Assembly (NCBI RefSeq): GCF_032444005.1
Contig: NC_091289.1
Coordinates: forward strand, 155,124,001 to 155,188,000
Length of the DNA: 64,000 nt
Direction: 5' to 3'
From: Ranitomeya imitator
Taxonomy: Eukaryota
Part shown: one piece after another, positions 12,846 to 25,546 of the stretch
Position numbering within the stretch: the stretch's first letter is position 1
Layout of the letters: the number at the start of each line of letters is the position of its first letter
The notes under the pieces: model-generated
Databases searched by the model: none
What the model was told of the DNA's origin: nothing
Seen by the model: only the letters and a program-made list of their open reading frames with translations
Program-made: the position numbers and the translations under genes

Positions 12846-13223
12846 GTTGTAACGTCTGCTACGCAGGCTCTGCAAATCTCCGAGAACTCGGCCCGAATCC
12901 ATGAAAAGGCAGGCGGGCGTAGAATACTTGTATTCCATGGAGTATGTCTATGCTGATGCTTTCTGTCTCCAATTTTATATGTAACAGATTTACACGTCCC
13001 ACGTGCAGATTTCAGTGTATTTTTCGGATACTTTCCGTGTGATTTATTGTAACCTATTAACTTAAGATAGTAGTAAAGTGGATGAATTATAGGCTGTTTA
13101 TCAGGAGATCACTGAGCAGGGTAATAGACCATTTATTGTACACATGACCAGGAAGGTAAGGGCATTAACTGGATATGTATAAACATTGGAATATGATACA
13201 TAATGGCATGCACTGAGTAATGC

Positions 13224-13229
13224 AATAAA
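13224..13229 (+). promoter_or_regulatory. Candidate distal polyadenylation signal of ABCD3
   Basis: AATAAA followed by GT/T-rich sequence about 1.24 kb after the stop. Confidence 0.35.
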
Positions 13230-14178
13230 TGGGATCTGTGTAAATCCTCGTCGCTGTGTCTTCTGAAGTTTTTATTTAATTACATTTACATTTTGTACTC
13301 GATATTCTTCTCTCTCAGGGTGCACGTTGCGTTCCGGCACCATTTGGTGGCCTACTAGGGACTTATGCCCGAATCCACCAGGAAACTGGATTTGGATGAA
13401 TGCGGCCATAGAGTATAATGGTGCCGGCACAGCAAACGTGTAGACTGCATCTGGGTGTCAGTCTCCAGTAGGCGTACACGCCCGAAAATGATGCAGTGCA
13501 ATCACCCACATGCTTTACAATGGCAAACTGCTAGATCCTGACATAGGTAAGATCTGATAGCTTTTCACTAAAAGTCTAGGATCACACAACAGTTTTTTTC
13601 CACATATGGGAAATCAGTCCGATTATGCTGATCCCTCTGAGCACACTTTCCCCACCCCCTCTGTAATGTCCGTCCTTGAAATTCGCACACCACTCGGATG
13701 TCATCAGAGTGCGGTCCAATGTTTTCTATGGACCCATAGATATGAATGGGTGAGTGGCATCCGATTATCAGAGGCAAATCATGCATGCTGCAATTTTTTT
13801 TTTTCCTTGGACCGAGTCTTCCGAATAAAGATAACCAAATGGTACAATGTTTTAGCCAAATATGTAATACAGAATTGCTGTTTTTTTGGCTCATTCCTTT
13901 TCACAAATAAATGTAATCGAAGTAATCAAAACGCCATATGTAGCAAAAAATGTCACCAATTAATACGACAACTTGTCCCCCCCAACAAAAAAAAATAAAA
14001 ATATATCACTCTTGTAGATGGTGATATAGTTGTCGGCAAATGGCAACAAAAGATTTTTTTCAAACAATTTATTGTACAAAAGTAATAGAACATTAACATA
14101 AATACATTTTTTTTATTGCTGTAACTATACCACAGAGTAAAGTCAGCACGCTTGCAGCATGATGAGCGGCATAATATA

Positions 14179-14183
14179 TATAA

Positions 14184-14233
<50 letters not shown>
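14179..14233. repeat. (TA)n microsatellite
   Basis: Long run of TA dinucleotides. Confidence 0.95.
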
Positions 14234-14236
<3 letters not shown>

Positions 14237-16729
14237 CAATTTTGTTTTCCCAATCCTTTCCCATAATAAGTAGTTATTCGACTCCTCCTCACAACCTTAA
14301 TGTAAGTGTAAGTCACAGGGTGCACGTGAATGTAGTGGGTTCACAGCCTGCAATTATCTGCAGCAACAACGACCAGAGCTTACTCCGTTCACTGCTGTTT
14401 AACCATTTCCGTGACACATTCGCCGGTGCACTAGAGAAACTTCTCCCATTGGCCCACCTTGGATAAGGTGTTATCAGAGCATTCTTGGGTGCTAACAGAG
14501 CATTTTCGGCGTGCTCAAATAATATGTTCGAGCCCCCGCGGTTGCCTGCCTCGCTGCTGTTCGACAGCATCAACACATTCGGCGGTTGGCTGCTAGGAAA
14601 TCCCTGCATGTGTTGTGGCTGTCGAACAACCGAGGGACATGCAGCCACAGGGACTCGAACATATTTGAGCATGCCGAAGACACTCGGTTAGCTCACGAGC
14701 ATGCTAGGATAACACTTTATCCGAGAACATTCGCTCATCATTACCTGTGATCCTTTAATCAAACTAAAAAAAATAAAGTAAAAACATGTTCTAAAAATTA
14801 CATTCTAAAAGTTTAAATCATAATTAAAAATAGACGATATATTTGGTATCATTCTGTTCATAAAAAGTAAAATTTCACAAAATATAAAATAACTTTAAAC
14901 CATATGTTAAATGCTAAAAAGAAAAAAATATATATATCCCAGTTTTTCAGTATATTGTATAGTAAAGTGAATGGTGTCATTTAAAACAAAACAAAAAAAA
15001 AATGAATGTGCTAAAATTAAAAATCAGCCGGTCATGAATGAGATGAAAAAATAAAAGTTGTGGTTCTTGGAATGCAACAATAAAAGTTCATACAAAATCA
15101 TGCTTTTTTTCTCAGGGCTGGTCCTAAAGGGATTAATTTTGCACCAACGAAACAAGAAAAAATCTTTTGTTGAAAGTGGGGTAAAAAAAAAAGTGAAAAA
15201 CAATGGGTTAGATTCGTTATTGCATCTGTACCTATTTTTTAATCAAATTTTTGTTGTGTTTTGACCATTTTTTTTCTTTAATTTACAGCTTATTTATAGT
15301 CTATTACATACATTATTTTTTTTTATTGGCCCTTGTGGTTTGTGGTTTCCAAATGTCTCTGGCTGACTTGTAAATTCTGGCTTTTATATGACATTTTGGT
15401 CATATAAAAAGATACAAATAAGGTTAATGGAAAAAAATTAAAGCGCTTTTGATTTTCCATAAAATGAATGAACTACCTTTGTGAAGAATTTGAGGTAAAG
15501 AACGTCAACAAACGAGACAAAAAGGAAAAGACTTAAAAAAAAATTCATGTTGTCTTCCTTCTAAAGATGCTATTTGCGAAATTAAAAAAAAAAAAAAAAA
15601 AAAAAACACAAACCTGTAAATGATGAATCTGGCCTAAAGAAGCAATGATATTACTAATTAGTAGGTCCGAATATGTTACATACATTCTTTTACCGCCACT
15701 CGATGGCACACTTCTGACCTCTGGTTCTCGAACCATGGACTGTGCCCAATAGAGAGGGAAAGAAGTGTTTGAAGAAAAGTGTATATAGACATATTTATAT
15801 ATTTTTTTTTCCATAGTAGACTGATATAACATCTTTAAGATTAAGATAATGTACTAACTGTTACTTTCGCACTAAATCAAACGTCTTTATTTTCACGGGG
15901 GCAAACATTCAGCTCGAGAAGGGGGTGTCCTAGTAGTAGACAAACCCTATAAGCCTGAGCATAATTCTTTCTTCACTGACGTCAGTAACTGGCTGTGGAC
16001 ACCGGTGGGTTCTTCATGATGCCAAATCTGGTTCTCTCCTTGGTACCATATATATGGCATGGCACATGGAGCTCAAGTGAAATTTACAGGTACATTTCTA
16101 GCTATCCTGTCCCATCATATTATGTTCATCAGCTGTGGGTAATTCTTGCACAATGCCTTACATGTGAATTATTATAAGTGCACAGTGCCCACCAGTAACC
16201 AGCTGGTGCAACAGGATTTATGATGGAGACACTGTCATGTGCCCAAAGCACACGGTCGGCCAACCCATCTGTGCCCGAACGATCAGACAACTGGACCACA
16301 GACCGCTCTACATGAATGTCTCCAGTGTATTGTTGAGCAAAAAGATGTCCCCTGCCCTAGCCTGTCATCCAGTCTAGTCCTCATTGTGCTCACAGTCTAG
16401 TCCTCTGTAGCACCTGGAGGAGGGCAGTCTTTATTTTTGCAGCCATCATGCTGTGCATTTTTGCCCACTTGGCCCCACAACATCACTATGCCTTACACAA
16501 TGTCATGGGAGCTAAAAGGTACAAGATGTTTTCTGGCTACAGAAGTGGAGACTCCTTGGCTGCGATGGAGGACAGGATGCCGGACTGGAGCAGCACAAAT
16601 CCTTGCCCAGCTGTACTCGTGTGCAGAAGTCGGTGCCAGGACTTGGGCCTGTTATGTTCTCTGATGATGAGCATTGACACTTGGGTGTGATACAGCTTGT
16701 GACCTGACCCTTCTGTTTTGAAACTTGTG

Positions 16730-17495
16730 TGTTATGATCAGGTGACCTTGGATCAGCATGAAAACTTTCACTGGAGTAGGTGGTAACTATACTGACCGCA
16801 AACCCTGATCTTAACACCGCAACTAGAAGTAGCCGTGGGGTGTGCCTAACAAAACCTAGACACCTTGTCACAGCCGGAGGACTAAATGCCCCTATAGATG
16901 GAAATAGGAATTCTACCTTGCCTCAGAGCAGAACCCCAAAGGATAGGCAGCCCCCCACGAATAATGACTGTGAGTAGTAGAGGAAAAAACACGCAGGCAG
17001 GAAACAGGATTAGCAAAAGAGGCCACACTAGCTAAAATAGGAAAGGATAGGACAGGATACTAAGCGGTCAGTATTAAAATCCTTCCAAAAATATCCACAG
17101 CAGAAAATACAAAAACTCCACCCTCTAACTAAAGATGTGAAGCGTATATCTGCAACTCCAGAGAATCCAACAAGACTGAGAAAACTGACACAGTCTAAGC
17201 TGGACCAGAGAAAACAAATGAATAGCACAGAATATAAGCACACTGCATGTGTGCCACAGAAAAAGAAACAGACACTTATCTTTGCTGAATTGGCAGCTAA
17301 GCAGGAGAAGCCAGAAAGGGATCCAACACTTCCCAAGAAACATTGACAACTGGCAAGGACTAATGAATCCTGCACACCTAAATATCCCAGTCAGAACTGC
17401 AATCAGCAGATACACCTGGCCAGGACTGCGACTCAGAGCCAACTGCATTCCCACCTACAACCACTGGAGGGAACCCAAAAGCAGAATTCACAACA
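16730..17495 (-). mobile_element. Solo LTR of the Gypsy/chromovirus family seen at 49358
   Basis: TGTTATGA...GAATTCACAACA termini (reverse complement of the 49358 LTR termini); 6-bp TSD CTTGTG. Confidence 0.88.
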
Positions 17496-17831
17496 CTTGT
17501 GCTACTGCTGGACCAATGATGTTTTCCACCTGCCTGACTACTTGGGTATGTCTTGGCACCATCTTTGACCAAGTCTTGCTCATCTGCTGTAAACTGCCAG
17601 ATGGGTTTGGGACTTTCTACTTTCCAGATCTCAATATAGTCACAAAAGGATGGCTGCCACACTCTGGCATTAGGAGCTGGGATTAGGACTTTGGATTATC
17701 TGCCGTTATCGGCCCAGGCAGTAGCCAAATGTAGTCAGTGAATGGATGGTGCAGGCATAGGACTTGTCATTCTTCAGCTGTGATCCGCAACTAAGCTCCA
17801 ATTCCTGCACTTTAACCCCTCTATAGTGACT

Positions 17832-17962
17832 GGTATAGTGTAATGGTTAAGTGCACAGCCTTCGACATGGGAGACTTGGGTTTAATCCTGGCTCTGCCCT
17901 GTTGGAAATAATATAGTAGTGGTCGTTGGGCAAGACTACTAACACTATAGTGCCTACCTCAG
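17832..17962 (+). mobile_element. tRNA-derived (CORE/MIR-like) SINE remnant
   Basis: A-box TAGTGTAATGG, B-box GGTTTAATCC, and a GGGCAAG..GTGCCT..CAG core-like segment. Confidence 0.45.
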
Positions 17963-18046
17963 TAAACATGAGTGTAGTGTCACGAACAAAGAGTTATGCC
18001 GGCTCGGACGTCGTCTGGATTAACAAGATCCGCATCAGATGTTGAG

Positions 18047-19068
18047 GAACAAACACCACAGTTTACAAGACAAAAATGGGCCCAACTGCACCCCGAAAAA
18101 ATGTGCAAAAAAGACAAAAAAAATATATAAAATTTTTGTGAGGTATTAGTTTATACTTTGGCCAAAATACGCAAGCTCGTAACCCGCGTCAAGGGTCCAT
18201 TTTTGTCTTGTAAACTATGGTGTCTGTTCTCATGGGGTGCATTTGGATAGCGCTGGGCAGGCCCGCCTGATCTAATAGAAGGGTGTCACTACTAGGCTTG
18301 CCTGGATGCTGTGCATCTCCATAGTGTGAACAGCGCCACATACAAGTCTTTTATGTGCAGCAATGTGCCAAGCAGCCACCCCCTCCATTAGTTTGGTAAG
18401 ATGTGAGTGGCTGCCTCATCGGTTATGCTGCACCTGTGTTGTCTCTATCTTAACCACATGGGTCCACTGCATCCTGATAGTGCATTTGTTTAGAGGCCTA
18501 GGCAGGTAAGCACCTCTGCCGTGTTTTGCTGTTTTTTCTCATTTTTGGAGGATCTCTGAATCCTCTTTTTGTGCTTTTGCTGTTTAGAATTAGGACTCGT
18601 AAGCGTGGGGACCCTTGACGCGGGTTACGAGCTTGCGTATTTTGGCCAAAGTATAAACTAATACCTCACAAAAATTTTATATATTTTTTTTGTCTTTTTT
18701 GCACTTTTTTTCGGGGTGCAGTTGGGCCCATTTTTGTCTTGTAAACTGTGGTGTCTGTTCACATGGGGTGCATTTGGATAGCGCTGGGCAGGCCCGCCTG
18801 ATCTAATAGAAGGGTGTCACTACTAGGCTTGCCTGGATGCTGTGCATCTCCATAGTGTGAACAGCGTCACATACAAGTCTTTTATGTGCAGCAATGTTCC
18901 AAGCAGCCACCCCCTCCATTAGTTTGGTAGGATGTGAGTGGCTGCCTTATCGGTTATGCTGCACCTGTGTTGTCTCTATCTTAACCACATGGGTCCACTG
19001 CATCCTGATAGTGCATTTGTTTAGAGGCCTAGGCAGGTAAGCACCTCTGCCGTGTTTTGCTGTTTTTC
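18047..19068. repeat. Inverted plus tandem duplicated non-coding element (A'-B-C-A-B)
   Basis: 18047-18198 is the reverse complement of 18608-18760; 18197-18537 is repeated directly at 18728-19068 (531-nt period). Confidence 0.85.
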
Positions 19069-19099
19069 CTGGGGTTTAGGGAGAAGAAGGCTTCGACCT

Positions 19100-21070
19100 G
19101 CGTGTTTTGGCAAGATGCAAAAAGATAGATTTCAGGTAGGCCCCACCTGTCTACCTGTATTTTGAAGCTCCCAAGTGTTCAAGCTCCATTCCTCCGGCTG
19201 GATGTCTTGGCGACTCAGTCCGCCTGGGGGTTGGAAGGGCCTTTCAAATGGACTGCTGTCAGTGACAGTAGGTGTTTTTCTGCCCATCAGAATATTCGAG
19301 TGGAAATACTTTTTAGGTTGTTGAACCTTGTACTGCCTTGATGCTTGATACAAGCAACTGCAGTCATGTTGTTCTAATATATTCGGATGTGCTGTCCAGC
19401 GATCTGGCGACCTGCTACCAGAAGGTCTTCCTCTACAGCTTTTAACTCTCTGAAATTGGATGACTTCCCGCTTGTTGTCTGGTCCCAGAGTCCTTGGAAC
19501 GGAATATTGTTTATGGTGGCTCCCCGGCCCCTCCTCCTGACATCTGATGTAATTGTAGTTAGTGGGACCTGAGTCTGGAGGTTTTTGGAATTTATCCACC
19601 ATGCCATATAGGCTCTTACTCGACCCGGCGTGTGTAGCCTTCTGTTTAGAGTACTGGGATGGCCGTTGCAGTTCCCTAAAATGTGAGCTTGAAGGACTCT
19701 GGAGTGGGCCTGAGCCCAGGCTACCAAATGGATGTAGGCTGTCATGGAGCCCAAGACCGACCTACCTTCTCTGAGTGTAGGGGACCTCATGTCTCTGAAA
19801 CTCTTGACCTTTGTTATTAAGGTCAGATGGTGGTCTTCTGGAAGGAACAACATCTGTTTTAGAGTTCAGGAGTACTTCAAGGAATTTTCTGCTTTTGGAG
19901 GGCAGTAGCTGAGACTTTTTCAGGTTCGGGATGCATCCCAGAGATCTTAATATATCGAGAGTCTTTGATACATGAGACTCCAGGGCCATCTTGGTGGAGG
20001 CTACTATCAGCAAGTCGTCCAGGTAAGGCACTATAGAAACGCCTTGACTCTGGATAAAGGTCACTGCTTCTGCCATTACCTTGGAGAAGATTCTTGGCAC
20101 TGAGGAGATGCCAAATGGAAGGACGTTGAACTGAGGGTGCTTCACAATGACGATCTCCCTGTACCGCAAATCTGATATATTCTCTGTGCCTTGGGTGGAT
20201 TGGAATATGGAAGTAGGCATCTTTCAAGTCGATGGTCGACATGAAGAAGTGAGGCCCGATTAAAGGAATGGCTGATCTTACGGATTCCATCTTGAATCTG
20301 CAGTATTTTACATGTTGGTTCATTCCCTTCAGGTTTATAATGATACGAGCCTCACCTGAGGGTTTGGCTACCAGAAACAAAGGCCACCAGGGACGACTGC
20401 ACCTCCTGTTTGACCAGCGAGCGAATCTCTTCCAAAAGGGAGGGTTGCTCTGCTCTGATCACATTGTTGATGCATGACTGGCAGAGCTTTTTATCCTATA
20501 GTGAGGGTTGCTTTATATTACAAATGGCGCACTTTTTTCTAATAGTAGTTTTGGGGTAGACTTGTCTCCCTGGAGCGAGAGGGAGAGAGGTGTCAGAAAA
20601 GAAGGACCCCCTAAAATATCCACCTGCGGTCCCCATCCCTGCAAACACTTACTGTGGCAGGGGCAGCGCTGGGCTCTGCAGACGCAGGGCTTGAAGTGCC
20701 TTCCATGCTATAAGATAGCCTTACCTCTGTGGCGACTTCGGGCAGGTTTTATAGTGGTCAGTAGCCAGCCCCTGCCCCTCCTGGGTCCATGTGCAGGCAG
20801 TGTGTCATCCGTGAGCACCCGGCATCCGGAAGTTCAGGTGCGTTCCACTGGAATGCAAGGTCCCGGAAGTGACGCACGCTCTTCACTGACGCCACCTTCC
20901 GGGACGCCAAGCTGCGCGTATGGAGGGGGAGAAGACTGGGGAGCTCAAGGAGGACCCCGGTCGGGATCTCTGGTCTGCATTGCCCTCTTGGGGTGCAGGA
21001 AGGCCAGGAGGGAGTCCAGAGGTCACCGTAGCAGGGGAGGAGGCGAGGAGTGACCACCTGCTGCCCGGCA
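19100..21070 (-). pseudogene. DIRS-like reverse transcriptase/RNase H, degenerate
   Basis: Frameshifted pieces: FLVAKPSGEARIIINLK..TIDLKDAYFHIPI, LPFGISSVPRIFSK..VPYLDDLL, and RNase H TITSD..SNFRELKAV. Confidence 0.85.
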
Positions 21071-22242
21071 AGACAGGCTCTGCCTGTCAATTTAAAGGGA
21101 ACCTGTCACCCCGTTTTTTCAGTAGGAGATAAAAATACAGTTAAATAGGGCCTGAGCTGTGCTTTACAATAGGGTATTTTTTGTCCCCTGATTCCCTACC
21201 TATGCTGCCGAAATACCTTACAAAAGTGTCCTTTTTCGCCTGTCAATCAGGCTGGTCAGGTCGGATGGGCGTGGTCACAGCGCTGTTTCTCCCCCACATC
21301 TTGCTTATGTTCCCGTTGGTGGCGTAGTGCTTCTCGCATGCGCAGTACATTTAGCTGTAGAAAAAGAGCGTGCTCGCCGCTATTCAGCGGTTTCTCGGTG
21401 GGCGCGGCCATCTTCCTGAGGCCGCGCGTGCGCAGATGGAGTCTCCTGCTTCCCGGGGCTTCAAGAAAATGGCCGCGGGATGCCGCGTGTGCGCAGATGG
21501 ACATCGCAGCGGCCATTTTCCTGAAGCCGAGTTCGAATCTTCATATTCTTTTCTAAAAGCTAAGAGTGAAGAACAATGACTGGATACTATGGTTATACTT
21601 TCTTTTTACAGTCACGTATCACACGAACCTAGAGTTGCTGTAATATTTCGTTTTATGCAGGTTCAGAAAGTCTTCTTACAGGGAAACAACACTGACTAAA
21701 CAATCTTTGCCGGAGTGATTGAACAGTGACTTATTGGCTGCATTCCTCACTGTGGCCGTCTATTTCCAGAGTATTTCACAGATGGATAGGCATTCTGAGC
21801 TATGCAAGAGATCGTCAGGACTGGGTCAAAGGCTTAAAGTTCTAAAGAAGACACAAAATTTAATTATAAGCTGCGTAAACTATTATGATATGGTTTACTC
21901 GAACTTCGGCAGATTGTCCGGGGCATAAGTACTCAGGGTTTATTTTTCGGCTAGTAACTAGGACACGCTTATTAATTTCGAGATCACTTTGTTTTTCTTT
22001 TTCTACAGCCGGACAGGAAACATATGATTGAAAGAGAAACTAAACTTTCTTTCCGTTTTAATCATTCTGTCCAGCATGGAAAGTTTTGAAACTTTGAAAA
22101 TCCTCTTGATCGCGGAAATTGTCTTCATTCCTATATATGCAAAAAAAAATATTCCAAGTGGCTTCAAAACCCTGGCTATTCCCCAGTCAATTTGCCTGCC
22201 TTAAGCTGCATTCATATAAGAATGGACTCATTTGGAGAACAG

Positions 22243-22460
22243 TAGTGATGGGCAAAGGTGTTATCCAAGCATTTTCGGGTGATAACCGAGTGTCTTCGGC
22301 ATGCAGATCTACAAGCAATCTCTGCATGTGTTGTGGCTGTCGAACAGCCGGGAGACATTCACCCGCGGGGACTCGAATATAGTTTTCGAGCATGCTGAAG
22401 TCACTCAGCACCCGAGCATGGTCAGATAACACCTTATCCGAGCACACTCGCTCATCACTA
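22243..22460. mobile_element. hAT-type MITE
   Basis: TAGTGATG / CATCACTA termini; 8-bp TSD GAGAACAG/GAGTACAG. Confidence 0.75.
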
Positions 22461-22560
22461 GAGTACAGATTATGGCAGTGTAGATATGTAGGTATGTACT
22501 TTATAGTATAAATTTGTATAGCATTTTTTAATGGTTTGGAAACTTTTTATTCATCTAGGG

Positions 22561-22722
22561 CAGGGGTCCCCAACTCCAGTCCTCAAGGCCCACCAACATG
22601 TCATGTTTTCAGGATTTCCTTAGTCTTGCCCAGGTAATAATTGCATCACCTGTGCAATGCAAAGGAAATCCTGAAAACATGACCTGTTGGTGGGCCTTGA
22701 GGACTGGAGTTGGGGACCCCTG
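22561..22722. mobile_element. Palindromic hAT MITE (162 bp)
   Basis: TIR CAGGGGTCCCCAACTCC; perfect 8-bp TSD ATCTAGGG; relative at 56376-56560. Confidence 0.9.
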
Positions 22723-23280
22723 ATCTAGGGTATGTGCACACAACGTCATTTTCAGGCAAATTCCACCTGAAATCTTTCTTAAAAAAAGCCCTTAAAAATG
22801 CTGTGAAGAATTAACCCACGCACTGCATTGTAAAAATGACTTGCTGTGGATATGGCCCATCTTTTTGAGCTTTTTTTTTAACCATTTCAGGCTTTGAAAG
22901 TTGGGAAGCGGCTAAAAGAAGTCATCTGACCATTACTCACTAGAGTTTATACATATGCAGAGGCAAAAACGGACGCGATGGGTCCAAAGAATGTTGCCAA
23001 TATTTTCCCAAAATGTCTCCTGCTTAAAAAAAAACAAAAAAAACACTCATCGGCTTCTAAAAGACGCTGTGTGCACATACCCTTATAGGTCTAGTCAATT
23101 AACACATTACACAGGGATTTTCTTGCCGATATACTGTATACATTGCATTATGTCAGAGTGGTTAGGATAGATTTAAAATTAATTACATGGTAGGAACAGG
23201 GATCTAAGGGGCAATGTTTCTCCTTATGGAGACTGACAGGCCTGGCATGTCAGAGTGAGGAGACCTATATGGCATGCATG

Positions 23281-24553
23281 TGGAGCGCCCCCAGACACAG
23301 GGCCACTAGTCACTCGGTACCGGTCCTTTCTGCTCAGTTATGCGGTTGTCACTGTGGCTGGACCCGGTCGTGACCCTCCTAAGGGGTGTCCAATGAAAGG
23401 GGTAGTACAGTCTGTCAGGGGTTCGTGACGCCACCTGTGGTGTTCGGTCAGGGTGACCGACGCTGCTGTGGGGTCCGCTGGGGTGATGGAATAGCAGCCG
23501 GATGGTATACCTTCCCGCAGGTGAAGTATGTCCCCAGGGCTTCCCAGTAGTGTGGATGGAGATGGTGTGAGGTGCAGGCAATAACGAGGACACAGTGTTG
23601 CAGTCTCTTTACCTTTTACTGAAGGCTTCAGTACACTCAGTCCAGAGCACGTTCAACCGGGCTATCAGAGACCGACCGGCCGGTCCGGTGGGCACATCCA
23701 GAGTTTCCCTCGCAGATGGAAATCGTTGCCTACCAATAGCGCCTGTGTGTTGTAGTCCTACCCTGCTGAGCATTCGGAATAGTCCTCACAACTGCTGTTT
23801 CTCTTTGTTCGTTCTCTACAGCTTTCTCTCTCTCTCTCTCTCGTTCTTTGGTTCCAGATGTTGCTAGTTTCTAACGTCCCCCAGATATGTTATGTCTAGG
23901 ACGCCACCCGTTTGACGGGAAGGCTTGGAGGTCTTCTGGGACCCTAGAGACGCCCCTCTCCCAATGTTGCCCCCTATGTCTTCGTAGGTGTAGAAGGTAG
24001 ACAGCCAACCTATAATCAACTGTCCAGCGGAATTTGAAGTAATGCCTGAAGTCAGTTACTCCTACGGTGATCCGGCCATCGACTACGCGCCTCAGTAAGA
24101 TGTTGCCTTCCTCTCTCTGCACGACTCTTACTAGCTCTCCTTTGTGCTGATCTCGTTTACACTGTTCCACAATATTCTTCCCTTCTTGTCTTTCTTAGGA
24201 TACCGCCGCAAGGTGTGCAGGCGCGGTTCCGTTACGTTCTGTTCGCTAGGCGCCTGCCAGGTTCCCACGCCTGACAGGGACCCCCCTGTGTCTTCTCCCT
24301 GCAACACCCCCTGCCACGGGATGTTGCCTGGTTCCAACCCAGTCAGCTTCTGACTAACTTCCTCCCCAGCCCCTAGTTTTACCAGTGTGAGGAGTGGCCC
24401 AATAAATAAAGCCTTTTTCTCCCCCTAGTGGCCGGAGTGTGAAGTGTAATGTGTTCTGGTGATACCTGGTCAGGAGAACTCTTTAGTGCCATCGGACGTA
24501 CCGCTACTCGCCTTGGGGCCATACTGCAACGACCAGGTCTCTGGGGCGCTGCA
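23281..24553 (+). mobile_element. Solo LTR (Gypsy-type, 1273 bp)
   Basis: Termini TGGAGCGCCCC...GGGGCGCTGCA; 4-bp TSD CATG; AATAAA near 24401; partial relative at 32436. Confidence 0.85.
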
Positions 24554-24714
24554 CATGCTCCTCTGGGAAATTAAATATGCAAATTGCTTCTTCAGAGAGG
24601 AAGAGGACTTGAGCTCTACTGCCACCTATTGGAAGCAGCGATCCTAAAAGTCAATAACGACCCTGTAATGAGCATTGTCATATGACGTAGGATAAAACCA
24701 AATCTGAATCTCAA

Positions 24715-24757
24715 TTTACAGACACTGTTTTGGGGTATTGCCCCTCGTCAGTGCAAA
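24715..24757 (-). ncRNA. Type I hammerhead ribozyme motif, core G12 mutated to A
   Basis: Minus strand UUUGCA-CUGACGA-GGGG(CAAUA)CCCC-AAAAC-AGU-GUC^-UGUAAA. Confidence 0.75.
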
Positions 24758-25035
24758 ATCTGATTTGGCTAGGTGAGAGGCTTAAAACTTGGATCTAAAG
24801 GGCAATGTTTCTCCTTGTGGAGAGTGACAAGCCAGGCCTGGCTTATCAAAGTGAGGGGACTTATACACCATGCATGCCCCTCTGGGAAATTACTAGAGTT
24901 CTAGTCCTCTTCCTCTCTGAAGAGATATTTTGCATATTTAATTTCCCGGAGGAGCATGCACGGCATGTCAATCTCCTCACTCTGACATGCCAGGCCTGGG
25001 TTGTCCCTCTCCACAAACAGAAACGTTACCTCTTA

Positions 25036-25453
25036 AGGCCCCGTCACACATAGCGACGCTTAAGCGATCCCGACAATGATACGACCTGTCAGGGATCGTT
25101 GCTGCGTCGCTATGTGGTCGCTGGTGAGATGTCACACAGTGCGATCTCCCCAACGACGCAGCAGCGATGCGGCGACCTGTAGAACGATGCTATTTCATGA
25201 TGATTCAATGGGACGTCCTGTCAACGAGGTCGTTGGTAAGGTGTCAAACACAGCGATGTGTGCTACCCAGCGGGACCTCAACGATCAAAAAATGGTCCAG
25301 GCCACTCCGACACGACCAGCGATCTCACAGCAGGGGCCTGGTCGCTGCTACGTGTCACACATAGCGAGATCGCTACTGAGGTCGCTGTTGCGTCACAAAA
25401 CTTGTGACTCAGCAGCGATCTCGCTAGCGATCTCGCTATGTGAGACGGGGGCT
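25036..25453. mobile_element. PIF/Harbinger MITE
   Basis: TIR AGGCCCCGTCACAC; TTA TSD. Confidence 0.85.
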
Positions 25454-25501
25454 TTAGATCTCAGTCTTAAGCCTCTCACCTAGCCAAATCAGATACCACA
25501 C

Positions 25502-25546
25502 TTTGCACTGATGAGGGGCAATACTCCAAAACACAGTGCCTACAAA
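25502..25546 (+). ncRNA. Type I hammerhead ribozyme motif, degenerate
   Basis: UUUGCA-CUGAUGA-GGGG(CAAUA)CUCC-AAAAC-ACAGU-GCC-UACAAA. Confidence 0.65.

Noticed and set aside
17832-17910. tRNA gene
   Set aside because: A and B boxes are present but there is no cloverleaf, and it continues into a SINE core
21655-22080. Two good + strand splice acceptors (21660, 22008)
   Set aside because: Following frames close quickly or give no recognisable protein; a lncRNA cannot be supported without expression data
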